NCBI GenBank assembly: GCA_002269645.1
Contig: NIVC01000514.1
Location: 310,001 to 374,000, forward strand
Source of the DNA: Macrostomum lignano
Lineage: Eukaryota
Direction of reading: 5' to 3'
DNA length: 64,000 nt
The first letter of the stretch is position 1, and every line of letters begins with the position of its first letter. Under the pieces are notes generated by a model. The model was not told the origin of the DNA. It saw only the letters and a list, made by a program, of their open reading frames with translations, and made no database searches. The translations under genes and the position numbers were made by a program. Shown here in pieces: positions 48,001 to 59,584 of this stretch.

Positions 48001-51000
48001 CTTAGACTCCGATGACTTTTCTTTTTGTTTAGCGTTTACTCAAGCTGGAGCCTCACCGCTCGAGTCCAGTGCATTTCAATGTTTGCTGTGTGCGCAGCGG
48101 GGGCAGCTCAGATGCAAGTGGGTGGCAGGGGGCTGAGAACTCGTGCTGAAGAAGCCGGGCTGCGCTGCTTTCATCTGAAAAGGCGAAAGCAGCAAAGATG
48201 CGTCTCTCGGAAGTGCGGCGCACAATGAGAGACAGGGGGGTGGCGGGGAGGCCCGAACCGCCTGCCGGTTTCAAAACCCGCGTGTGTGCGAGGGGAGGCT
48301 AGCGGTGGGAAGGCGCCACTCAAAGGCTGAGTGAGGACTAATTTCCCAAATCTCTGCCCAAGCGGTGTCTCCGCCACCTGTACTCAAACTACAAAGAACT
48401 GCCGTGCGGCTGCAGTCTCAGCTGGATGAGGATGCGCCGCGCCCGTCCCCCAGCAACTGCATTTTGCCTCCCCTCTTCTGCTCCCGGTCTCCAGGCCTCT
48501 CCGCTTTTCCCAGCTGCTTTGCCGGAGTCCCACCGCCCGCCTGGGAACAATGGCGGCTTTCTGTGTCGCTCTGCACGGCATTTCTGAAATTAGCGACTCA
48601 TAGGTTTCCCTTAAAATTCGAAATTTCCTGTCAGACCTATTTATGGAGCAAAATTATCAATGCGCATTTGCAGTTTGAGGAGTCACAAGAGAAATCACCA
48701 GCTGAGCCACCAGATAAAGGGACAAATTGGTGGGCCCAGCTTGCGGGGGATCCGCTCCAGCGTCATCCCCACTAATTATCCCAAATAGCTGCTTATTTCT
48801 GCCGGCTGTTTTATACTCGGCCGGACAACCCCATGTATTTGGCAGATCATGGGGCTAGCGGAACATTGCCCAGGATACCTGGGGTTGGGCCAAAGAGAAT
48901 AATTCACCGCGTTGCCACCCCCAGTCAGTCAACGGTTAGCCCTCTCCCCAGTCTGTCAGCGGGTACATTTCTCCCCAGTCTGTCAGCGGGTACATTTCTC
49001 CTCAGTCTGTCAGCGGGTACATTTCTCCCCAGTCTGTCAGCGGGTACACTTCTCCCCAGTCTGTCAGCGGGTACATTTCTCCCCAGTCTGTCAGCGGGTA
49101 CATTTCTCCCCAGTCTGTCAGCGGGTACATTTCTCCCCAGTCTGTCAGCGGGTACACTTCTCCCCAGTCTGTCAGCGGGTACATTTCTCCCCAGTCTGTC
49201 AGCGGGTACATTTCTCCTCAGTCTGTCAGCGGGTACATTTCTCCCCAGTCTGTCAGCGGGTACATTTCTCCCCAGTCTGTCAGCGGGTACACTTCTCCTC
49301 AGTCTGTCAGCGGGTACACTTCTCCCCAGTCTGTCAGCGGGTACATTTCTCCCCAGTCTGTCAGCGGGTACATTTCTCCCCAGTCTGTCAGCGGGTACAT
49401 TTCTCCCCAGTCTGTCAGCGGGTACACTTCTCCTCAGTCTGTCAGCGGGTACATTTCTCCCCAGTCTGTCAGCGGGTACATTTCTCCCCAGTCTGTCAGC
49501 GGGTACATTTCTCCCCAGTCTGTCAGCGGGTACATTTCTCCCCAGTCTGTCAGCGGGTACACTTCTCCTCAGTCTGTCAGCGGGTACATTTCTCCCCAGT
49601 CTGTCAGCGGGTACATTTCTCCCCAGTCTGTCAGCGGGTACATTTCTCCCCAGTCTGTCAGCGGGTAGCCAAGTGGACAAACTGAATGCCAGCAAAGCCA
49701 CTCATCACCATTTCGCAGCCGATTCTGAACGGCAGCCTGACGGGTCCCCTCAGCAGCTGCTACCAGCAGCAGCAACAGCAGCAGCAACAGCAGCAGCAGC
49801 AGCAGCAGATGCTCGGCCTGCCAAATCCGCTGCAATTTCTGCCGCCGCCAGACCAGCAGCAGTTGCAGCACTTGGCGCAGGTGTCCATGGGCCAGGTGTC
49901 CATGGCCAATGGTGGCATCTCAGCTGGTCAAATGAAAATCGACGGTAGAGATGTGAGTTTCACAAGAGTGCCAGCTGCTCAAAATTATTTAGTCTTTAAT
50001 CAGCAGATTTACCGAACTTCTGGAACTGCGTATTCCAAGCATCCAAATGTTTTGAGGTAGTTCTCTCTTCACCCATTGGGATACCTATTGACTCTATAAG
50101 ATATCTAGGGGCTAAATTGGTTGTCTAGGGGCTAGATCGGGTGTCTAGGGGCTAGATCGAGTGTCTGGGGGCTAGATCGGGTGTCTAGGGGCCAGATCGA
50201 GTGTCTGGGGGCTAGATCGGGTGTCTAGGGGCTAGATCGAGTGTCTGGGGGCTAGATCGGGTGTCTAGGGGCTAGATCGAGTGTCTGGGGGCTAGATCGG
50301 GTGTCTAGGGGCTAGATCGGGTGTTTAGGGGCTATATCGGGTGTCTAGGGGCTAGATCGAGTGTCTGGGGGCTAGATCGGGTGTTTAGGGGCTAGATCGA
50401 GTGTCTAAGGGCTAGATCGGGTGTTTAGGGGCTATATCGGGTGTCTAGGGGCTAGATCGGGTGTTTAGGGGCTAGATCGGGTGTCTAGTGGCTGCTAGAT
50501 CGGGTGTTTAGGGGCTAGATCGGGTGTCTAGGGGCTAGATCGGGTGTCTAGGGGCTGGATCGAGTGTCTAGGGGCTAGATCGAGTGTCTAGGGGCTAGAC
50601 ACAATATCTAGAGGCTAGATAGAATATCTAGAGGCTATATCGAATATCTAAAGGCTTGAACAAACGACTATTTGAATAAAAGCTACATTCGATACCTAGT
50701 GGCCAGAGGCACTTAAAATATCTAGGCATTTGGCCTGAGCAGTGGTCGATGACCACCAAACCGCAATTTTATCGTGGGAGCTGAGCAGAAATGTTTAGCA
50801 ATTATGCAGCTGCACAGGCAGCAGTATGCAGCAACTGCTGGGTGCCTTGATAAGTCTGGCCGACCAGTTTGCCCAATACGCCCGACGGACGCAGAAAATG
50901 AGTTGGCGGCTTGGGTGCAGGATTAGTTTGTGGGGCAGAGCAGCTCAGAGGTAAACGCGCCGCGACTCGTGGTTCGATTCCCAACCCTGAGGGCCAACCC

Positions 51001-54000
51001 CATGAGGCACAGAGAGTGGCCAACCCCATGAGGCACAGAGAGTGGCCAACCCCATGAGGCACAGAGAGTGGCCAACCCCATGAGGCACAGAGAGTGGCCA
51101 ACCCCATGAGGCACAGAGAGTGGCCAACCCCATGAGGCACAGAGAGTGGCCAACCCCATGAGGCACAGAGAGTGGCCAACCCCATGAGGCACAGAGAGTG
51201 GCCAACCCCATGAGGCACAGAGAGTGGCCAACCCCATGAGGCACAGAGAGTGACCAACCCCATGAGGCACAGAGAGTGGCCAACCCCATGAGGCACAGAG
51301 AGTGACCAACCCCATGAGGCACAGAGAGTGGCCAACCCCATGAGGCACAGAGAGTGGCCAACCCCATGAGGCACAGAGAGTGGCCAACCCCATGAGGCAC
51401 AGAGAGTGGCCAACCCCATGAGGCACAAAGAGTGTACATGCTTGATGATTTAAAAGTCAGGGTCGCTGTACACCCTGTGTGCGTGCCACATCACTGTATG
51501 CTGCTCTCCAGCTGCCCCGTGTACAGAGGGCAGCCACGCAGCTCCCTGAATTGCGATGCGCATCTTGAGCAAGAATTGCCAACTCAAACAGCTGTGACCG
51601 GACCCGGGGCTGGGGGTTCTTTGCATAAATACGGGCGGCTAAGCTAGCATTTATTGCTGGGGAAGGCCGTGCAGCTGCATCGGGTTCGGCTCCCCTGCCT
51701 ACCGCTGCGGGCCATCCATTATCAGCCTCTGCTCAGCCCGGACGGCCATCTGGCCTGCAGTTCACGCTGCACTCCACCGCCTGCCACCGCCTCTGCGCGA
51801 CTCCTCTCCCACAGTTGCAATCCTCCCTTATCTCACTTCCCATCTCACCGACTCAGCCTCCGCCATCACTTCCCATCTCACCGACTCAGACTCCGTCCTC
51901 CCTTCCCATCTCACCGACTCAGCCTCCGCCCTCACTTCCCATCTCACCGACTCAGCCTCCGTCCTCTCTTCCCATCTCACCGACTCAGCCTCCGCCCTCA
52001 CTTCCCATCTCACCGACTCAGCCTCCGTCCTCCCTTCCCATCTCACCGACTCAGCCTCCGTCCTCCCTTCCCATCTCACCGACTCAGCCTCCGCCCTCAC
52101 TTCCCATCTCACCGATTCAGCCTCCGCCATCACTTCCCATCTCACCGACTCAGACTCCGTCCTCCCTTCCCATCTCACAGACTCAGCCTCCGCCCTCACT
52201 TCCCATCTCACCGACTCAGCCTCCGTCCTCCCTTCCCATCTCACCGACTCAGCCTCCGCCCTCACTTCCCATCTCACCGACTCAGCCTCCGCCCTCACTT
52301 CCCATCTCACTGACTCAGCCCGAAGCACCTGTGGAACAGCAATTGCACCATTAGCCCGGGACCAACGCTCAGGCCCAGCTGCCCTTGGCCTTCGAATTCT
52401 GCGCATCAGCCCTCGCCAGCTGCGGAATTCGGCCCCGGCCCCGGGAACTCCGCGCTCTCGAGCCGAGCAAACAATTTTTTTATGCGCGTAATGCTTTGGG
52501 CCAATTTGGGTTGAAACTTCTGCGCTGCGACATTGGCCGCTCCTGTTTCTGGGGGTATCGCCTGAAAGAACTTTGCGAAGCTTTGGAAACACCTGGCTTC
52601 TCTACTTAGTTGGCCAGTGCCGCAATGGAGCTGTGAGATTCTCTCCCTGACTCCCAGCTTCACTGCCGCAATGGAGCTGTGAGATTCTCTCCCTGACTCC
52701 CAGCTGCACTGCCGCAATGGAGCTGTGAGATTCTCTCCCTGACTCCCAGCTTCACTGCCGCAGTGATGGAGCTGTGAGATTCTCTCCCTGACTCCCAGCT
52801 GCACTGCCGCAATGGAGCTGTGAGATTCTCTCCCTGACTCCCAGCTTCACTGCCACAGTGATGGAGCTGTGAGATTCTCTCCCTGACTCCCAGCTTCACT
52901 GCCGCAGTGATGGAGCTGTGAGATTCTCTCCCTGACTCTCAGCTGCACTGCCGCAGTGATGGAGCTGTGAGATTCTCTCCCTGACTCCCAGCTGCACTGC
53001 CACAGTGATGGAGCTGTGAGATTCTCTCCCTGACTCCCAGCTTCACTGCCGCAGTGATGGAGCTGTGAGATTCTCTCCCTGACTCCCAGCTGCACTGCCG
53101 CAGTGATGGAGCTGTGAGATTCTCTCCCTGACTCCCAGCTGCACTGCCGCAGCCGCATATCTCAGTGGTATCTCTGGCGGGGCAGCAACGGCCAGCGGCC
53201 TGGTTACCGCAGCCGCAGCCGCCATCATTTTTCTTTGTCTGGCCGCCGCCGTGTGGGGCCGGCGCTGATTAATGAATGGCTGCGGCCGCGGAGCCGCCCC
53301 GCCCTGCCGCGGTCGCCGCCGCCGCCCAAAACTTTCATCGAGTTGCCGATGAGAGCCTCCCCGCCCGCCCGCCCGCCCGCACGCCCGCCCGCCCGCCTTA
53401 TCTTTCCGTCTCTGCGAAATCCTCTGCCGCATTAGTCAGCCGGGGCCGCAGCATTCGACGTCTAAATTCCCCCCCCCGGCCCAGCAACAGTGGCTACGAG
53501 GAGCGCCTTGGCCTTATCAGCGCCCGAAGAACTCCCCGCACTCCCGCCCTCTTTGGCGCGCCGGAGGGGATTATTGTCCTCAAGATTCTGGGGGAAGCGA
53601 AGCCTGTGAATCGCTTCTGTATTGTTGTGTGCGAGTAATGCAAAAGTGCTTTGACGCCTGGGTAGTAATAGTTAAATTCTGTCTTAGATTTCTAATGCAA
53701 GTCAAATTAAATATTATATATTATCTTCTGGGATGCTTGATAGCCCTCCAGATGAAGATTTGCAACCAGATTGTTCAATAGCATGATCACATCTTAAGCT
53801 CATCGTTAACTTTATTACCCAACACACCCAACTCACGCCTCAACACAACCACCTCACGCCTCAACACAACCACCTCACGCCTCAACACAACCACTTCACG
53901 CCTCAACACAACCACCTCACGCCTCAACACAACCACCTCACGCCTCAACACAACTACCTCACGCCTCAACACACCCACCTCACGCCTCAACACAACCACC

Positions 54001-57000
54001 TCACGCCTCAACACAACCACCTCACGCCTCAACACAACCACCTCACGCCTCAACACAACTACCTCACGCCTCAACACACCCACCTCACGCCTCAACACAA
54101 CCACCTCACCAACACACCCACCTCACGCCTCAACACAACCACCTCACCAACACACCCACCTCACGCCTCAACACACCCAAACTCACGCCTCAACACTCCC
54201 AGATCAGCCATTCCCAAATCAGTAGGCTCCATCACGGCTGCTGCACTGTCCCCATGAATGTCTCCCCAGCTTTCACCTGCAAGCGCACTCGCAAATCAAA
54301 CGCAGGCGGCATCGCCCACCGGGACGAAGAAGCGAAAGCTGCAAGTCGAGCAGCTCGACCATCTGGGGTCATCCGGGCTGCCGGCCCTCGGGCCCAGCTT
54401 CCAGCTGCACGCGGCGCTGATGCAGCAGCAGCAGCAGCAGCAGCAGCAGTATTTGCAACAGCAGCTAGTCAGTCAAAGCTCTTGATAACCAGGGAGCAGT
54501 AGTTGCTGTGCAATCAGCCCCTCTAACCATCTAGCAATGCAGTTCATTTCTCAAGCACAGCTCTCACACGGCAGCCTAACAAAGCCATTAGCAAAGTAAC
54601 TAAATTAACCAGCGCTCAACTCCGGGGATTTTACCTTGGATAATTTTTGGCTAATTACTATTTCCTAATTGGAGAGCCGATCTGTGAAGTGAAGTGACCC
54701 GTCTCTCGTTTCGTCGTCAGCTTGTCAGTGCTGTGCAATCGAATTTCCATGTGCCTCTCTAATTGGCTCTGGGCCCAACTCAAGCTCTCTGCTTGCCTGA
54801 CTTGTGCCGCTTCTCCATCAACAGGCCGGGCCGCAGACTATCAGCGGTCGCCCCACCCTGTCTCAATATTTAACTTGGCATGCGCCGAGTCGCATTAGCC
54901 AGCTCTGAGCAGCAGCGATAAGGCACGGAGCTGCGAGTTTTCAGCTGCGTAGCCTCATGCCGAGCCGAAACCAACGGGCTGCTGGATCGGCTGCTTCCGC
55001 TCCAGATGTTTGGGCCTGAAGCTCCATGGCGCAGCGGGCCATTCATCGTGTCGAGTTCTCGAGCTGCGAGAATCCGCCTTCTCCCCGGGCTGGGGGCGGC
55101 TCAGCCATAAACCGCGGGTGTCGTAAAGTCCCGCGAGCTGAAGGCCAGACTCTGGGGCGGGCGGGGGTGGCGGCAAAAGACGGAAAATGGAGACAGAAAA
55201 AAGACGAGAAAAAGAGGAGGGAGAATCCCGAGCTCTCCTGAATTTGTATCCCCATTTCGGCTGGGATTTTATTGCGCTCAAGTAATTGGCTTGCTTTTAG
55301 CGCGGAGTCCCCCGGGCTGTCTGGGACTCGCCATTTCCTTGCGATCGCAGCTGCTTCCGGCCCTCGCAGCTCCTCCCTGCTCCAAGGCGACTTGAGTCCT
55401 CGACTCTCGGAGCTAATGACGGTCACCTGCCTGCTGGCCAGCTGCCCCCAGCTTCATCTGATGCTAATCACCTTCGCCTTTCTCAATCATCATTTCCCTG
55501 TCCGAGCTGCGCGCTTTATGGCCTCTCCTGTCCGGCAGTGTCCGAGATGGCCGAGATGGCCGGCGCAAATTGAAGACCCCAGCTGTAATTATCGCTTCTG
55601 GTAGCTCCCACTCAGCCCGCACCTCCTCCCGGTGAGGCTGTTATGACTCAGGCGCTCGTGAGGCACCGTCTTAAGAAACTCCTAAAAAACAGCCTTGGCC
55701 TCACATAAGGTCATGGAGGTCTCGTCGCCAGATAATCACGCACAAAGGTACCTTCTTCACGAGGTATCCCTCACCCAGGTAACCCTCTCCCTGAAGTACC
55801 CTCTCCTTGAGATACCCTCTTCCCCAGTCAATCCTCTCCCTGAGATACCTCATCCTGTAGTACTCTCTCCATGAGATCCCCGAGGTAACCCCAATGCAAG
55901 AGTTCTCTCCTTCTTTCCCACGACTCCGCACGCAGCCCATCAGGCTCGGGCCATATCCAGTGCAGCCGCCTGTGATATCCTTATGAGTCCCGCGGGCCGC
56001 CATCCAGTTTGGCAGCTGAGCATCGCCAGACTCAGCGCCCCCCCCACCCATCCGCCCCCAGATTCCGCCCAGCATCGAGGCCCAGAGCCCGTTTGTTTTT
56101 TGCACTCTTTTCTCCCATTGCCCGGCCTCTCAGCGCGCAGGCGCCGGGAGAGACGCAATAATAAATTTTTTACGACCCCCCGCCGGGCTCGGGCGCAGAA
56201 ATTCGGCGGCTGGCAGCGACGGAGGCACCGAAGCCGCCGCTGGATCGCCGATCGCCGATTCGAAAAGAATTTCGAAAAATTGATTTTTTTAAAAAGAAGA
56301 AAATGAGTAGCCGAGTAATTCAGTGCAGCAACAACTGACCGTCTTCTCTGCTGAGACGCTGCGGCCGGCCGGCCGAGTGAGTTCAGTCTTGGCCGCAGCT
56401 GCTTCTGCGGGGCGGGGCAGCCGGCGGCAATCAATAATTCATGAGGCGGCCGCCCGCTGAATCTCCGGCTATTAAAAATTGTCCCCAGGAGGCTCGGAAT
56501 GGGGCGGCAGGGGGTGTCGGGAGGGGATGCTGCCCCCGCCTCCTGCTGGCGGAGTGGGACAGAAATTAATGAAATTTCCTCCGAGCGGTCTCGAGACCCA
56601 GCAGGGGGCCGGCGACCCCTCCCCCCACTGCCTCTGCCTTAATATTTCCTATCGTTTTCTGCATTCGAAATGTATTTTCCACGACTTCCCGTTGCGTCAG
56701 AGGGCCGCTTATTGTTGCCGCAATTCCCTGGCGAGGGTTTCCGATGATGGGGCACAAGTGTATCAAAGAGCACAGCCTCCTGGTTATGATGACGAAACCG
56801 CGGTACCACCTAATATTAGTTACAGCAGTTTTCAATAGCACGAACCCTTTCAAATTGCAGAAGTGGTATTGTTTCTAACATTCTAACCCTGAGCACCCAG
56901 CCGGCTAATCTCCATCACAAGCTGCCCAGAGCACTAAGACAGCTGCCGCTTCATCCCACTCAATTTGCCAGGTCGCCAGCAAGCGAACCGCTGTGGCCGA

Positions 57001-57828
57001 CAGCAAGAACGGCGCCCCGGTTTACCAGCCGACCAGCCAGCAGCAGCAACAGCAACAGCAGCAGCTGGCGGCTGCCGCCGCGGCCGCTGCCTACCACATG
57101 ACTGGCGGCCCCGCCAATGCAGCTGGCGGCTCTTTCGTGCCCACCTCATGTGAGCCACTCGGGAAGGCGCTGGGCCAATCAGATAAGGGGTGGCCCACCT
57201 CATGTGAGCCACTCGGGAAGGCGCTGGGCCAATCAGATAAGGGGGCCCACCTCATGTGAGCCACTCGGGAAGGCGCTGGGCCAATCAGATAAGGGGTGGC
57301 CCACCTCATGTGAGCCACTCGGGAAGGCGCTGGGCCAATCAGATAAGGGGGGCCCACCTCATGTGAGCCACTCGGGAAGGCGCTGGGCCAATCAGATAAG
57401 GGGGCCCACCTCATGTGAGCCACTCGGGAAGGCGCTGGGCCAATCAGATAAGGGGGCCCACCTCATGTGAGCCACTCGGGAAGGCGCTGGGCCAATCAGA
57501 TAAGGGGTGGCCCACCTCATGTGAGCCACTCGGGAAGGCGCTGGGCCAATCAGATAAGGAGAGGCCCACCTCATGTGAGCCACTCGGGAAGGCGCTGGGC
57601 CAATCAGATAAGGGGGCCCACCTCATGTGAGCCACTCGGGAAGGCGCTGGGCCAATCAGATAAGGGGGCCCACCTCATGTGAGCCACTCGGGAAGGCGCT
57701 GGGCCAATCAGATAAGGGGGGCCCACCTCATGTGAGCCACTCGGGAAGGCGCTGGGCCAATCAGATAAGGGGGGGGCCACCTCATGTGAGCAGACGCTGC
57801 CATTACTCCCGAGGAAACAGTATTTTGA
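42073..57828 (+). CDS. mbl: Muscleblind (MBNL) CCCH zinc-finger RNA-binding protein
   Basis: Firm: exon 42073-42324 ([30 protein letters not shown]...VCCYDSIK) and exon 44507-44674 ([31 protein letters not shown]), giving two C-x7-C-x6-C-x3-H fingers. Tentative but phase-compatible: 45106-45127, 49693-49952 (polyQ), 54270-54467 (KKRK, polyQ), 56972-57149 ([17 protein letters not shown], resembling the conserved invertebrate Mbl C-terminal motif), 57794-57828 followed by AATAAA at 57864. Confidence 0.88.
42340..43115. repeat. mbl intron 1 minisatellite A, 20-bp unit (GAATCCGCCCCATCCTCCTC)
   Basis: Seen directly; starts about 15 nt after the donor. Confidence 0.94.
43975..44460. repeat. mbl intron 1 minisatellite B, 23-bp unit (CAGTCGGGTAGATGGTCCTCAGA), about 21 copies
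   Basis: Seen directly. Confidence 0.95.
44651..44767. repeat. 31-bp tandem duplication spanning the mbl exon 2 donor (CAGTACATTCCCATCTCTGCCGGG|GTGAGTT), about 3.8 copies
   Basis: GTGAGT donors at 44675, 44706 and 44737. Confidence 0.93.
45515..46870. repeat. mbl intronic pyrimidine-rich array (24/30-bp units, CTCTCATCTGCCCTCTCC[CTCTCC]TCTCTT)
   Basis: Seen directly; about 1.35 kb. Confidence 0.95.
47345..47935. repeat. mbl intronic minisatellite, 29-bp unit (GGCTGAGGGACAGGCAGGGTGGGTGCTCA), about 20 copies
   Basis: Seen directly. Confidence 0.94.
48940..49665. repeat. mbl intronic minisatellite, 27-bp unit (CTCCCCAGTCTGTCAGCGGGTACATTT), about 27 copies
   Basis: Seen directly; ends just before the polyQ exon. 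Confidence 0.95.
50105..50600. repeat. mbl intronic minisatellite, 20-bp unit (GGGGCTAGATCGGGTGTCTA), about 25 copies
   Basis: Seen directly. Confidence 0.94.
50932..50987 (+). mobile_element. Truncated tRNA-derived SINE head
   Basis: GGGGCAGAGCAGCTCAGAGGTAAA...GGTTCGATTCCC; the 5' end resembles the element at 11351-11428. Confidence 0.45.
50990..51425. repeat. Minisatellite, 26-bp unit (GGCCAACCCCATGAGGCACAGAGAGT), about 17 copies
   Basis: Seen directly. Confidence 0.95.
51830..52320. repeat. Minisatellite, 33-bp unit (CTTCCCATCTCACCGACTCAGCCTCCGCCCTCA), about 15 copies
   Basis: Seen directly. Confidence 0.94.
52620..53150. repeat. Minisatellite, 46/49-bp unit (ATGGAGCTGTGAGATTCTCTCCCTGACTCCCAGCTGCACTGCCGCA), about 11 copies
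   Basis: Seen directly. Confidence 0.94.
53815..54198. repeat. Minisatellite, 21-bp unit (CACCTCACGCCTCAACACAAC), about 18 copies
   Basis: Seen directly. Confidence 0.94.
57141..57790. repeat. 52-54-bp tandem repeat spanning an mbl exon/donor junction (CCACCTCAT|GTGAGCCACTCGGGAAGGCGCTGGGCCAATCAGATAAGG..), 12 full units plus a partial
   Basis: CCACCTCATGTGAG at 57141, 57195, 57247, 57301, 57354, 57406, 57458, 57512, 57566, 57618, 57670, 57723 and 57777. Confidence 0.96.
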
Positions 57829-57863
57829 GACCATAAAACTCGATACCGCTGAGCTGCATCTGC

Positions 57864-57869
57864 AATAAA
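57864..57869 (+). terminator. AATAAA polyadenylation signal after the predicted mbl stop
   Basis: Lies 35 nt after the TGA at 57826-57828. Confidence 0.45.
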
Positions 57870-58309
57870 GCTGCGCCGCATGATTTGTCCAGCTGCTCTG
57901 TGCTGGGCAAACTGAATTTTGCATTTTCTGCACGCCGATAGGAAAACGGATGGATCCGCCTGGCCCAGGAGGCTGCGGAATTCACTGCTCGAGCGACGGG
58001 GGTCAGGGGGGTCACTGCGGAGTCTGCCTGCTCTCTTCATTTGCAGCTCGGCTCGGCCTGCTTCCCATGGGGAATCTTCGAGTTGCCCGGCCGCTTCATC
58101 TCGGCCGGCCTCAATTTCTGCGCATTTGTAGCAGACAGACGGCCTGGGAGGGCGGGTGCAGGGTTGAGAGACGTGGCGCGCCAATTTCCGAGAATCCCCG
58201 GAGCAATGAGCCCAGCCAGGCTGAGAAGTGCGGCATGGACTCTTGCAGATGAGCGCCTGGCTGCGGAAACCTGGGCTGCCCGAGGTTCTGGGGCTCTGAC
58301 TCACGCTTT

Positions 58310-58800
58310 CTTCTGTCTGCTGTCACTGTCTGCTGTCTGCTGTCACTGTCTGCTGTCACTGTCTGCTGTCTGCTGTCACTGTCTGCTGTCACTGTCTGCT
58401 GTCTGCTGTCTGCTGTCACTGTCTGCTGTCACTGTCTGCTGTCACTGTTTGCTGTCTACTGTCTGCTGTCACTGTCTGCTGTCTGCTGTCACTGTCTGTT
58501 GTCACTGCTGTCTGTTGTCACTGTCTGCTGTCTTCTGTTGCCGCTCTCTACTGTCACTGTCTGCTGTCTGCTGTCACTGTCTGCTGTCTGCTGTCACTGT
58601 CTGCTGTCTGTTGTCACTGTCTGCTGTCTGCTGTCACTGTCTGCTGTCTGCTGTCTGCTGTCTGCTGTCTGCTGTCACTGTCTGCTGTCTGCTGTCACTG
58701 TCTGTTGTCACTGCTGTCTGTTGTCACTGTCTGCTGTCTTCTGTTGCCGCTCTCTACTGTCACTGTCTGCTGTCTCTCGCCACTGTCTGCTGTCTCCCGT
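58310..58800. repeat. (CTGTCTG)/(CTGTCA) microsatellite rich in TGCT
   Basis: Seen directly. Confidence 0.93.
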
Positions 58801-59584
58801 CACTGTCTGTTATCTCCCGTCACCCTGTCCTCCCTTCTGTCTCTCTTCTCTTCACTTAAATTTCCTGTTGTTCTTCATTTTCTTTAGTCATGGCGTATCG
58901 CGCAGCGCAAGTGCCGCAACGCCCCAGCAGCAGGCGGCCAGTCTGGCAAGGCTCTGTCGCTGTATTGCCAAAATCTGCCAACTCTAAAGAAATCCTGCAG
59001 GGCAAATTGTTGTGCATTTTTTATCCCCAATTTTCCCCCAGCCAGCCATAAACCACAGGCCACAGGTGATGCCCCCTCCAAATCCGGGGAGCCCGCGGCA
59101 GAACCAACTTTCCGCTGCGCAAAGGGCCCTCGGCCCACGCGCCGGGTTGCTAGGGGGAAATCGGGGATAATGAAATATGGGATGCTGCGCCGGCCAGGCA
59201 GGGGGAACCCGGCCAAAATGGCAGGGAAATCAAAAGAACAAAGAACAGGGGAGGCAGGCAGAAATTGGCCCTCTTGGCGGGCGCAGTGCAAGTTTTACGG
59301 CTGCAGGTCGGGGCCTCCCCCGCCACCCCCACAGCGGCTGCACCAGCTGATGGTCTGTCGGGAGACTGGAGGGTCAGGCCGGGGGACGCCGAAAACTACT
59401 AGAGACCTGGACTGGACCCCGAGCACCGCAAATGCATGTTTGCTTCAACTTTGAGCCAATTATTGTAAAGTCTTCCCGCACGGACTTAAAGTTTTATTTT
59501 TTGGAAAATTCAGCATATTGCAGCGTTGAAACTTTGAAACTTGGCCAATTTTAAGATAAAAAATCAGGAAGGAAATTCTTTGGA

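Noticed and set aside
53150-53280. Possible additional Ala-rich mbl exon ([16 protein letters not shown]...)
   Set aside because: No convincing acceptor/donor pair and an in-frame stop follows; cannot be supported without transcripts.
44507-57828. Second zinc-finger pair (ZF3/4) of vertebrate-type MBNL
   Set aside because: No further CCCH motif was found in any frame of the non-repeat sequence I examined; a two-finger form is normal for many invertebrate Mbl proteins.
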